Shown in pieces: positions 18,958 to 28,212 of a DNA stretch of 64,000 nt. Source of the stretch: Nitrospirota bacterium (lineage in GTDB: Bacteria; Nitrospirota; Nitrospiria; Nitrospirales; Nitrospiraceae). Position numbers and translations under genes: made by a program. The notes below the pieces were generated by a model. It saw nothing but the letters and a program-made list of their open reading frames with translations. It was not told the origin of the DNA and made no database searches. Each line of letters begins with the position of its first letter. Positions within the stretch are counted from its first letter, which is position 1. The stretch spans positions 5,515 to 69,514 of the forward strand of contig JAUSMA010000032.1 in NCBI GenBank assembly GCA_030645475.1. Reading direction: 5' to 3'.

Positions 18958-19106
18958 GAATACGATGATACGTCAGAACTGTTGTCCCAGTTAAAGGAGA
19001 ATGACCGGCCGTCCAGATGACTGGAGGCCCAAGACCGACTTGTTCAATCGTAAAATTGAGAACTGACCGGACCACCGGAAGTTCACATGTCACGGAGGGT
19101 AGCGAC

Positions 19107-20747
19107 ATGAGAATTTCCGGTGTGTTTTTTATCACGGTTACAGCCTTTGCGCTCTTTGCAGGCCCGACACCACGAGCACAGGCCGTCGAGGAAGGCCAAC
19201 TCGTAAAGAAAGAAGGCAAGTGGGAATACTACTCCGGCGAAGACCCCGGACTGAAGTATCTCTACCTCAAAGGAATCATTACCCAAGAGGAGTACGACAA
19301 GGGCTTGAAGGTGATCGAGACGAAAGAACGTATCTCCAAGCCGAACTTCAATATCGACGTCAACAACGGATTGAACATCCGTGTCGGAGAAAAATTTTTC
19401 TTGAAGCTCCGCCTGCTCACCCAGGTGCGCTACACCCACAGTTCTTACAATTCAATCTGGGGGTCGGTCGGAGACTCAAGAAACCCTGAGATCCTCGGAG
19501 GCCAGGTCGAATATCGAGCGGTGAAAAAACAGAGCGATTCGAATCTCTTTTCGGTCCCTCGCGCTCGCCTTCAATTTCTGGGATACGCCTTTGATCCAGA
19601 CTTCCGCTACAATTTCTCCCTGGCACTCGATCAGACATCCTGGGATCAGGAAGGCGGCAGTGGCAGAGCTAGACTTCTCGATGCCTATGTCGCCTCCTGG
19701 CATATCCCCTGGGCAACGGTCCAACTCGGCCAACAACGGGTCTGGTTCAATCGAGCCCAGATCAGTTCGATCGCCACGTCCACCTTCGCGGACAATATGA
19801 TTGTCCAGCGGGCATTTTCCGCCAACCAGATCGACAGCCGCGATATTGGGATCAGCATCCTCAGCGACGAAGACCAGTACAAATTCAACTATGCGATTGG
19901 TATCTGGGGGGGAGTCGGACCGAATCTGACTCGTGAAGGCACCTCCGTCAGTCAACGAGTGCTGCCCCCCAGCGGGTCACCTGGGGCACAGCCCTCAGGA
20001 ACGACTCGGACCTACAACTATGACACCCGCACCCTGACCGGCGAGATGCTGTACACGTTTCGCGGGCTCTACAAGATTGCAGGCAATCCTGGATACGGAC
20101 AGGGAGACATCCTGAATTCTCGCACCCTGCAATCAGCCATTGCCTTCGGTTATGCCTACAATCCAGCCCAAAACTACCTGAGTGCCATTCGATCAGACAT
20201 TGTAGACCGAGGGTATCGTCAGAGTGTCACCAAAGCCATGAACGGCAGACTCCTCGCCGGGGGCATCTACGACTTCCAGACCTATGAAACGGATTTCATC
20301 GCGAAGTACCAGGGCTGGTCTCTCCAGTCTGAAGGATACTTCCGCCACCAAAGGGTGCGAAGCAGGGACAGTGGATCCACACCATTTGATTTAGCAACAA
20401 TCCCCATCGCATCGATCACCGGCCCCCCCGTTGATCTGGGGCAAGCCTGGGGCTGGTATGCCCAGGTCGGGAAATATGTCATCCCCAGGAAGCTCGAACT
20501 CGCCGTCCGCTACGGGGTAATGGATCCTTCGACCAAGCAGAAGGACGATCTGACAAAGGAGTTCGGCGCCGCCATCAACTACAGCTTCGACGGCACATAC
20601 AATAACCGGCTCGTCATCGACTACTCGAATATCACCATGGGAAGCGGCGGGCGTGCACCGGATCGGTTTCCGTTTGAGAGCACACCGGGATTTGGCCGCG
20701 ATCTCATCGAAAACCGGGTCAACGTGCAGTACCAATTCTATTTCTAG
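19107..20747 (+). CDS. Outer-membrane porin (porin O/P-like), paralogue 2
   Basis: ATG at 19107 with GGAGGG upstream. Signal peptide ending in RAQA. It shares the N-terminal segment (EGKWEYY..ITQEEYDKG) and the barrel with 12852..14648. It ends in VQYQFYF. Confidence 0.75.
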   Translation: MRISGVFFITVTAFALFAGPTPRAQAVEEGQLVKKEGKWEYYSGEDPGLKYLYLKGIITQEEYDKGLKVIETKERISKPNFNIDVNNGLNIRVGEKFFLKLRLLTQVRYTHSSYNSIWGSVGDSRNPEILGGQVEYRAVKKQSDSNLFSVPRARLQFLGYAFDPDFRYNFSLALDQTSWDQEGGSGRARLLDAYVASWHIPWATVQLGQQRVWFNRAQISSIATSTFADNMIVQRAFSANQIDSRDIGISILSDEDQYKFNYAIGIWGGVGPNLTREGTSVSQRVLPPSGSPGAQPSGTTRTYNYDTRTLTGEMLYTFRGLYKIAGNPGYGQGDILNSRTLQSAIAFGYAYNPAQNYLSAIRSDIVDRGYRQSVTKAMNGRLLAGGIYDFQTYETDFIAKYQGWSLQSEGYFRHQRVRSRDSGSTPFDLATIPIASITGPPVDLGQAWGWYAQVGKYVIPRKLELAVRYGVMDPSTKQKDDLTKEFGAAINYSFDGTYNNRLVIDYSNITMGSGGRAPDRFPFESTPGFGRDLIENRVNVQYQFYF

Positions 20748-20782
20748 GACGCACGAATTATTTAACCGTCAGGAGAACAATC

Positions 20783-21598
20783 GTGAAACACCAATGGTTC
20801 AGGTCCTTACTCTTCTTCGGAATCGCGACGGCATCGCTCTGGGTCACCCCACCCGTGCAGGCACAACCGGAGCCCCTCACCGTCGCAGCCGCCAACAGCC
20901 TCAGCGATGTGTTTCGTAAAGTACTGCCGCTTTTCGAGGCCCAGCACAAAGATATCAACGTGCGGGTTATCTACGGCCCCTCGCAAACGCTCCGTAATCA
21001 GATTGAACAGGGCGCACCAGTGGACATCTTCCTGCCGTCGCTGTTTGAGGAAATTGAACAGCTCGAACAGAAAGGGCTGATCATTCAAGGAACTAAACGG
21101 GCCTATGCCGGCACGTCGCTGGTCTTGATCACCAGCACGACCCACCCCGCCCCCATCGGCTCCGTCCAAGATCTGCAGACCGTCCCGATCCGACGGATCG
21201 CCGTCGGGGATCCCAAATCCTCGTCGGTAGGGAAAGTGGCGGCGCAGTTTATCAAATATAACAAGCTCGATGCCCAACTGAAGTCTCATTACGTCTTCGG
21301 CGAGCATTCCCGTGCCGTGCTCGATCTAGTCGCCAACGGCGAAGCTGAGGTCGGCGTCCTCTATCGGACAGACGTCGTCGAGAATGCGAAGGTCCGCATT
21401 CTCGATACAGCCCAGGCCGGTTCCCATACTCCTATCCGCTATGGAGTTGCCGCGACCTGGACCGCCAAGAACCTTTCAGGCGCGGGAGACTTCATCACAT
21501 TTTTACTGACACCGGAAATACAAACCCTCTTGCAAGAGCACGGGTTCGATCGTGCAATACCACAGGCAGGGACCGCTCAAGGAAAGGAAGGACAATAA
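20783..21598 (+). CDS. ModA-like periplasmic oxyanion-binding protein, paralogue 3
   Basis: GTG start with AGGAG 7 nt upstream. Signal peptide. ModA motifs: VAAANSLSDVF, YGPSQTLRNQIEQGAPVDIFLPS, VGDPKSSSVG. Confidence 0.75.
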   Translation: MKHQWFRSLLFFGIATASLWVTPPVQAQPEPLTVAAANSLSDVFRKVLPLFEAQHKDINVRVIYGPSQTLRNQIEQGAPVDIFLPSLFEEIEQLEQKGLIIQGTKRAYAGTSLVLITSTTHPAPIGSVQDLQTVPIRRIAVGDPKSSSVGKVAAQFIKYNKLDAQLKSHYVFGEHSRAVLDLVANGEAEVGVLYRTDVVENAKVRILDTAQAGSHTPIRYGVAATWTAKNLSGAGDFITFLLTPEIQTLLQEHGFDRAIPQAGTAQGKEGQ

Positions 21599-22332
21599 TG
21601 AATCGCCTCCCAAAAACTATGCCGCAACCGTCTGCATGGCCGCTTCGAGCCCTGTTGCTCATCGCCGGAATATCCATCATTACCGGTTGCGCGAACAAGC
21701 CCGTCCCACAATCGAAATCCATCTATGAGTCGGGGCTGAGCACGGTTCGATTGGAACAGGACCCCGACTCGATTTCCAATTCTCACCCCGCCACGCTGAC
21801 CGCCACCGAAGTGGGCACATTGCTTCGAGGAGTTCGCGCATGGGAACGGCGGAACGTCATTCACCGGCTGTTTGCCGGTGAAGCTGATCGAACCAGAGCG
21901 TTCCGGAACGAAGAGATTGCCGTATTGGCGCCGCCTCTAGCAAAGGCGTTGGCCCAGGCCGCTCCGACAGAGCGTGTGTACTTCCACTTGAGTCATGCCA
22001 CCGATCAGGGGGATGAGGAAACCACCACAGGCTGGATCTCCATCCGGGGACCGATTCTGCACCTGACCATCAGCGGCGTGCACGACCGGCACAGCCCTGG
22101 TCCCGATATCAGCAAGTACGACCGGCAACTGCCGAACATTCCTGAAGCCTCGGTATTGCACGATGTCACATACGAGCCGGAGGAATTCCTGGCTAAATCG
22201 GCTTCGAAGGCACGTTTCTGGGCACCGGATCAGCGTGAAGAGTTAGAGATCCGGTATCGAGAGGCGCTTTCGGCCATGCCGATTCAGCCGGGACTGGATC
22301 CTGGACGAACATTCAAGCCGTCCCAACCTTGA
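21598..22332 (+). CDS. Lipoprotein of unknown function, paralogue 2
   Basis: TAATG overlap with the upstream stop. Lipobox ITGC. Homologous to 14724..15365 (FRNEEIAVLAPPLAKALAQAAPTERVYFHL...TTGWISI...ILHLTI). Confidence 0.7.
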   Translation: MNRLPKTMPQPSAWPLRALLLIAGISIITGCANKPVPQSKSIYESGLSTVRLEQDPDSISNSHPATLTATEVGTLLRGVRAWERRNVIHRLFAGEADRTRAFRNEEIAVLAPPLAKALAQAAPTERVYFHLSHATDQGDEETTTGWISIRGPILHLTISGVHDRHSPGPDISKYDRQLPNIPEASVLHDVTYEPEEFLAKSASKARFWAPDQREELEIRYREALSAMPIQPGLDPGRTFKPSQP

Positions 22333-22358
22333 ACGAACCAACTGCAATAAGGATGATC

Positions 22359-23327
22359 ATGAAGATACTCGTTGTGCTGTTTCTAGGAGTCTGGACGCTC
22401 ATTACCCCGCCCTCTCACGCCATCGCAGGGGACACGATCCGCGTCGGGCATTTCCCCAACATGACCCATGTCCAAGGCTTGGTGGCCCATCATCTCTCTC
22501 GCTCCGGCCGGGGATGGTTTGAACAACGGCTGGGAAGCGACGTCAAGATCGAGTGGTATGTCTACAATGCTGGACCAAGCGCCATGGAAGCGATCCTGGC
22601 GGACTCCATTGACCTTACCTACGTGGGCCCTAGTCCTGCATTGAACGCCTACGCCAAATCCAACGGCGAAGAAGTCCGGATTATCGCCGGCGCCGCCGCC
22701 GGGGGCGCAGCCCTCGTCATTCAGCAGGATTCGCCCCTCAAGCAACCAGCCGATTTCCGCGGGAAAACCATCGCCACCCCGCAACTCGGCAACACCCAGG
22801 ACATTGCCTGCCGCGCCTGGCTGGCGTCCGGAGGTTTAACGATCACCCAAACCGGCGGGGATGCGTTCATCGTTCCGACCCCGAACCCTGATCAGCTCTC
22901 GTTATTTCAACAGAAGAAACTGGACGCCGTGTGGACAGCCGAACCATGGGTCTCGCGGCTGGAGCGGGAGGCGGGCGGCAAAGTCCTCGTGGAACAATCG
23001 AAAGAGAGCATCACCGTCCTGGTCTCAAGCGTGAAATTTCTCAAGACCAAGCGTGAGCTGGCGAAGAGGTTCGCTCAAGCTCACCGGGAACTGACCGACT
23101 GGATTCTCTCGCATCCGGAAGAAGCCAAGAAGATGGTTCAGCAAGAACTGGCAGCCGAAACACAGGCCAAAGTCTCAGCCGAGTTGATCGCACACGCTTG
23201 GCCCAGGATTGGGTTGACCACGGAGGCCTCTCCTACGGAGTACCAACAATTTGTCGCACAGGCCCAACGCGCAGGTTTTATGCGAAAAACGCCTGACTTG
23301 TCGCGGCTCATTGAACGGGTGAATTGA
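22359..23327 (+). CDS. ABC transporter periplasmic substrate-binding protein (NitT/TauT, SsuA/NMT1-like)
   Basis: ATG at 22359 after AAGGA. Signal peptide ending in SHA. NMT1/SsuA-like motifs (IRVGHFPNMTH, GPSPAL). The start could also be 22329 or 22353. Confidence 0.7.
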   Translation: MKILVVLFLGVWTLITPPSHAIAGDTIRVGHFPNMTHVQGLVAHHLSRSGRGWFEQRLGSDVKIEWYVYNAGPSAMEAILADSIDLTYVGPSPALNAYAKSNGEEVRIIAGAAAGGAALVIQQDSPLKQPADFRGKTIATPQLGNTQDIACRAWLASGGLTITQTGGDAFIVPTPNPDQLSLFQQKKLDAVWTAEPWVSRLEREAGGKVLVEQSKESITVLVSSVKFLKTKRELAKRFAQAHRELTDWILSHPEEAKKMVQQELAAETQAKVSAELIAHAWPRIGLTTEASPTEYQQFVAQAQRAGFMRKTPDLSRLIERVN

Positions 23328-23328
23328 A

Positions 23329-24135
23329 ATGGGTATGTCCGAAACGGCCCAAACACATACCCTATCCCCCAAACTCGTCCTCGAACATGTCTCGAAGTGG
23401 TTCAAGACCAGTTCGCTGCACGTGCATGCGCTCGATGACGTGACACTCCGCATCACTGAAGGAGAGTTCGTCTGTCTCGTCGGCCCCAGCGGCTGCGGAA
23501 AATCGACCCTGCTCAATATCATCGCCGGCCTCGACCGACCCGATCAGGGGCTGGTTCAAGCCGATGGTCAGAGCATCACAGGGCCGGGGCCCCATCGTCT
23601 CGTGATGTTTCAAGAAGCCGCGCTCTTCCCCTGGCTGACGGTTCTGGGCAATGTGCTGTTCGGGTTACAGCTGAGAAACGGGCTCACCGCCGCCGCGCGA
23701 CGAGAAACCGCCGAGTATTATCTGGAACTCGTAGGCTTGAAGCGGTTCATGCATGCCAATGTGCACGAGCTATCGGGCGGCATGAAACAGCGGGTGGCCT
23801 TGGCCAGAGCGCTGGCTCCGAATCCCAGCATGCTCTTGATGGACGAACCCTTCGGCGCGCTGGATGCCCTGACGCGGGAGCAGTTGTATGGAGACATTCA
23901 ACGTATCTGGAGCCAGCATCGGAAAACGATCGTCTTCGTCACGCACAACGTGCGCGAGGCCGTCTGCTTGGGAGACCGCGTGATATTGTTCTCGCCGAAC
24001 CCTGGACGGATTCGCGAGGAATTCGCCATTCCCCTCCCTCGTCCACGCGACATCAACAGCGTGGATCTAGCCCGCTATGCGACGGAGATCACCCGCGTAT
24101 TGAAAGGCTATGTCCAGACCGAGGTGGCTGGATGA
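23329..24135 (+). CDS. ABC transporter ATP-binding protein (NitT/TauT family)
   Basis: Walker A GPSGCGKST, signature LSGGMKQRV, Walker B LLMDEP. Confidence 0.85.
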   Translation: MGMSETAQTHTLSPKLVLEHVSKWFKTSSLHVHALDDVTLRITEGEFVCLVGPSGCGKSTLLNIIAGLDRPDQGLVQADGQSITGPGPHRLVMFQEAALFPWLTVLGNVLFGLQLRNGLTAAARRETAEYYLELVGLKRFMHANVHELSGGMKQRVALARALAPNPSMLLMDEPFGALDALTREQLYGDIQRIWSQHRKTIVFVTHNVREAVCLGDRVILFSPNPGRIREEFAIPLPRPRDINSVDLARYATEITRVLKGYVQTEVAG

Positions 24136-24902
24136 TCGCACGGTGGCTGACTGCATCCCTGTTCTTCGTGTTCCTCGTGGTGGCATGGCATCTGGTCGTG
24201 GAGGCACACATCTGGTCTCCCGTCTTGCTGCCCTCGCCCCTTAGCGTCTTTGAGTACCTTCGGTCCGCGGTTGAAGACGGCACGCTCCGGGAGGCTACGG
24301 TCGTCACCGTACGGCGGCTCCTCATCGGCTATGGATTGGGAATCCTCGCCGGGCTTCCCTTGGGATTACTCACCGCATCATCTCGCTGGTGCCAGGACAC
24401 GATCGGCATCCTCGCGCTGGGACTCCAAACCCTCCCCAGCGTCTGCTGGGTGCCGCTGGCCCTGCTCTGGTTCGGCCAAACGGAATCCGCCATGCTGTTC
24501 GTCGTGGTAATGGGAACCCTCTGGTCATTGATCATTGCGACCGACAACGGAGTGCGGACCGTTCCCCCCATTTACGCCAGGGCCGCACGCAGCATGGGGT
24601 CGACGGGACTCCATACCTGGACGCATGTGATCCTGCCGGCGGCGCTTCCATTTTTGTTGAGCGGCATGAAGCAGGGCTGGGCCTTCGCCTGGCGTTCCCT
24701 CATGGCCGCCGAGATTTTCGTCACGATTCTGACCGGCTTCGGTCTCGGCCACTTGCTGCATTACGGTCGTGAATTGAGTGCCATGGACCAAGTGATCGGC
24801 GTCATGCTCGTGGTCGTCATCATCGACCTCGCGGTCGATACAACACTCTTTGCCCCCATAGAGCGATTTCTCCATCGCCGTTGGGGCACCGAACGGGCTT
24901 GA
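24132..24902 (+). CDS. ABC transporter permease (NitT/TauT family)
   Basis: ATGA overlap with the ATPase gene. Six-helix BPD-type permease with an EAA-like loop (ARAARSMGSTGLHTWTHVILPAALP). Confidence 0.8.
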   Translation: MIARWLTASLFFVFLVVAWHLVVEAHIWSPVLLPSPLSVFEYLRSAVEDGTLREATVVTVRRLLIGYGLGILAGLPLGLLTASSRWCQDTIGILALGLQTLPSVCWVPLALLWFGQTESAMLFVVVMGTLWSLIIATDNGVRTVPPIYARAARSMGSTGLHTWTHVILPAALPFLLSGMKQGWAFAWRSLMAAEIFVTILTGFGLGHLLHYGRELSAMDQVIGVMLVVVIIDLAVDTTLFAPIERFLHRRWGTERA

Positions 24903-24973
24903 GTCACGCCCCGCATGATTCGACTCCGCCGTGGCAGGCTGACACTTCTCCGGCCGCTGTGCTAGGCTGCGCC

Positions 24974-26533
24974 ATGCCTGCCAGTTGGCTCAGTCGCCTC
25001 TCCATCGGCCAAAAGCTTGCCATCTCGTTTGGCCTGATCGTCATTCTATTGATCGGCAGCTTCTCCGCGACGCTTGTGTATCTCTCACGCGTGAATAGTT
25101 ACGTCGATCGGCATCAACGGATCACGATCCCGGGCGTCGTCACGGCATCGGAGATGCTCCGCAACCTCTTCGACATGCAGACCCATATGCACCATCTCCT
25201 CGAACATCTGGACACCGCGACCCAAGCCATCAGCCTGAAGACCATCGCAGACATCGAGCACCGAACGCTCACCGCACTGGACACCTATCAAGCGACCCAC
25301 GCCGCGCGAACACACCCCGTCTTGTATGGCATGCTCCAACAGCATGGACGGGGCAACCTGGCCGACGAGGAAAATCTCACGATCGTCGCCATTGCCGATG
25401 GTATGAGCGCTCTCCGCGCTCAGCGTGAAGACATCGAGACCGCTGCTAGCCGGCACACGAAAAATCCCGCAGACACAGAATTCCTCTATGAACAGACCGC
25501 GGCCAGGATCGCAGATGCCATCGCCTCGCTCATTGAAGTTCACCGCAAAATCGATGTGGAGATGAAAATCGAGGGGGATCGCCTCGTCGAGCAGGCACGG
25601 CTCATCGTCTTCGGAGTGGTCGGCCTGTTGGGGCTTCTCGTCCTGTCGATCTACCTCATGATGAAACAACTCGTGGCCAACCCTCTCAAACGCTTAGCCG
25701 CCACGGCAGACCGTGTCGCCCACCATGACCTCGCGGCGCAGTTTGAGCCCTGGCCCACGCAGGATGAGGTCGGGATCCTGGCCAACTCCCTGACGGCCAT
25801 GCTGGCGAATCTCCGCGAGCGGGGCACCGCCCTGATGCGCAAGACCAAGGAACTCGAAGCCTTCACCTACTCTATTGCACATGACCTCAAAGGACCTCTT
25901 CGCGAAATCGAAGGGTTCTCCTCGCTCCTGGAAAAGCGATTTCAAGAAGCCGGAGACCCGCAAGTCCAGCACCACATCGACGTGATCCGTCGATCCGCCC
26001 TGCGCCTCACGCACATGATCGATGCCCTGCTCAAGTATTCACGACTGGAACAACAAGATTTCCCACGCACCCGCTTCAATGTGCTGGAGATGATCAACAG
26101 CCTGCTCGTCGACCGGCAGAGCCAGTTCACCGGCATCGCACCTCGGATCACCATCAATCTCCCCTTCGCCGACCTGTATGGCGAACCGGTCAGCATCCGG
26201 CAGGCCCTGGTCAATCTCCTCGACAATGCCATCAAGTTCTCCCGTTTCTCTCCGGCTCCAAGCATCAACATCGGAGGACAGCAGACGCCGACCGAACGTA
26301 GGCTCTGGATACAGGACAATGGTATCGGTTTCGACACCGACCAGGAACAAAAGCTCTTCGGTCTTTTCGAGCGATTACACAATGCCCAGGATTACGAAGG
26401 CACCGGCGTCGGCCTGGCCATTGTGAAAATGGTCATGGAGAAACATGGAGGCCGTGCCTGGGCCGAATCATCCCCTGGCACAGGCAGCACATTTTCTCTG
26501 GCATTTCCGAATAACCAGGAAGCGATCAGTTAG
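24974..26533 (+). CDS. Sensor histidine kinase (N-terminal four-helix-bundle-type sensor, HAMP, HisKA, HATPase_c)
   Basis: ATG at 24974. Two TM segments. H-box FTYSIAHDLKGPL, N-box LLDNAIKF, G-box GTGVGLAIV. Confidence 0.85.
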   Translation: MPASWLSRLSIGQKLAISFGLIVILLIGSFSATLVYLSRVNSYVDRHQRITIPGVVTASEMLRNLFDMQTHMHHLLEHLDTATQAISLKTIADIEHRTLTALDTYQATHAARTHPVLYGMLQQHGRGNLADEENLTIVAIADGMSALRAQREDIETAASRHTKNPADTEFLYEQTAARIADAIASLIEVHRKIDVEMKIEGDRLVEQARLIVFGVVGLLGLLVLSIYLMMKQLVANPLKRLAATADRVAHHDLAAQFEPWPTQDEVGILANSLTAMLANLRERGTALMRKTKELEAFTYSIAHDLKGPLREIEGFSSLLEKRFQEAGDPQVQHHIDVIRRSALRLTHMIDALLKYSRLEQQDFPRTRFNVLEMINSLLVDRQSQFTGIAPRITINLPFADLYGEPVSIRQALVNLLDNAIKFSRFSPAPSINIGGQQTPTERRLWIQDNGIGFDTDQEQKLFGLFERLHNAQDYEGTGVGLAIVKMVMEKHGGRAWAESSPGTGSTFSLAFPNNQEAIS

Positions 26534-26543
26534 GATTAAGACC

Positions 26544-26578
26544 TGACAGCTGAGAGCTGACCGCTGAAGGCTAAAGCA
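26544..26578. repeat. Tandem heptamer array (tgacagc tgagagc tgaccgc tgaaggc taaagca)
   Basis: Five consecutive 7-nt units with consensus TGANNGC. They fill the kinase-regulator spacer and end exactly at the ATG at 26579. Confidence 0.8.
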
Positions 26579-27931
26579 ATGCGCATACTCATCATCGACG
26601 ACGAAGAATACGTTCGCTTAGTACTCGAGCAGGCGCTCCGCGAGGAAGGCTGCGAGGTGACCGCCGTCACGCATGGGACAGCAGGCATCGAGGCGCTTCA
26701 AACCGGCACCTTCGAATGCGTCATCACCGATCTTCGCATGCCTGGCCTCGACGGGCGAGGCGTCTTAAAGTGGGTCCGCGAGCATCAGCCAGACCTGGAC
26801 GTCCTGATGCTGACCGGCCACGGCGACGTCAAAGACGCGGTCGAGGCGATCAAACAGGGGGCCTGGGATTTTTTAGTCAAGGACACGCCCTTCGACGCCG
26901 CAGCGGTCAACGCCGCATTAGCCAGGCTGAAAACCGTACGTGCCCTCCGCAAAGAAAACCTGGCGGCCCGCCATGGAGGCTTCACGCGCGATGTCATCGT
27001 CGAAGGACCCAGCCAAGCCTGGCAAACACTCAAAACCAAGATCGCGCAGGTGGCCCCCTCCAATGCAGCTATCCTCATTCAAGGGGAAACCGGTTCAGGC
27101 AAAGAAATCGCGGCGCGGCTGCTCCACGATTTGAGTCGGCGAGCCAGCGGACCCTTCATCGCCATCAACTGCGGCGCCATAAGCCGTGAACTCCTGGAAA
27201 GCGAACTCTTCGGACACGAAAAGGGCTCGTTTACCGGCGCAACTGCTGCAAAACCAGGGCTCATCGCCGCCGCCGAAGGGGGCACACTCTTTCTGGATGA
27301 ACTGGGGGAAATGCCCGGTCCGATGCAGGTGAGCCTATTGCGGTTCCTGGATCGTGGCGAATACCGCCCCGTCGGCAGCACGCGGACGCTCCAGGCCAAC
27401 GTCCGCGTCGTCGGAGCCACGAACCAGGACATCCAGGAGCTCGTCCACCAAGGCCGCTTCAGGGACGACCTGCTCTACCGCATCAACACCGTCACCCTCC
27501 GCGTGCCTCCACTCCGCGAGAGGAAGGAGGACCTGCCAACACTTGCCGAACATATACTTTCCACGTTACGTATCCCGGGAACCACCAAACGAACCCTCTC
27601 ACCCGAAGCCCTACAAACGCTGGCCGCCCACAGTTGGCCCGGCAACGTGCGTGAACTGCGCAACGTGCTTGAAGGAATCGTGCTGATGAGCAACAGTATA
27701 GGTCCGATCGGCCAAGAAGAAGTCGTCGCCCTGTTGCCGAAAACCCGAACCACGTTGCACCCGGGAGATCAGACGCAGCTCTCACTGGACGAGATCGAAC
27801 GGCTCCACATCCAGCGTGTCCTCGACGCCACCGGTGGAAACAAGACCCAGGCGGCCAAAACGCTCGCCATCGACTACAAGACGTTACTCACAAAGCTCAA
27901 AAAATATCGTCTCGTTTCTGACGAAAGTTAG
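26579..27931 (+). CDS. Sigma-54-dependent response regulator (NtrC family: REC, AAA+, Fis-type HTH)
   Basis: REC domain (ILIIDDE, VITDLRMPG). Walker A GETGSGKE. ESELFGHEKGSFTGA (GAFTGA-type loop). C-terminal GGNKTQAAKTLAIDYKTLLTKLKKY. Confidence 0.9.
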   Translation: MRILIIDDEEYVRLVLEQALREEGCEVTAVTHGTAGIEALQTGTFECVITDLRMPGLDGRGVLKWVREHQPDLDVLMLTGHGDVKDAVEAIKQGAWDFLVKDTPFDAAAVNAALARLKTVRALRKENLAARHGGFTRDVIVEGPSQAWQTLKTKIAQVAPSNAAILIQGETGSGKEIAARLLHDLSRRASGPFIAINCGAISRELLESELFGHEKGSFTGATAAKPGLIAAAEGGTLFLDELGEMPGPMQVSLLRFLDRGEYRPVGSTRTLQANVRVVGATNQDIQELVHQGRFRDDLLYRINTVTLRVPPLRERKEDLPTLAEHILSTLRIPGTTKRTLSPEALQTLAAHSWPGNVRELRNVLEGIVLMSNSIGPIGQEEVVALLPKTRTTLHPGDQTQLSLDEIERLHIQRVLDATGGNKTQAAKTLAIDYKTLLTKLKKYRLVSDES

Positions 27932-28212
27932 AACGTCGGCCTGTCCGTATAACCGCCTATTCCTCATCCTGCACAAACCTCATACAAGGCTCCCTTCAAT
28001 CCGTCGTCAGTCGATGTACCGCTACGATACTCGCACCGCCCCCCTAGCGATTGAAGCTGCCCTGTAGATTCGCAGACCCTGCCTGCAGCATGAGACCTTT
28101 TCAGCGCCTCAGTTCGGCATCCTCTCTAGCGCATTCGACAAACCGGCCTTTCGTGATGGACAATGGGGCCAGACGCTATGCCAATTGACAATCTGTGACC
28201 AGGAGTGTGCCC

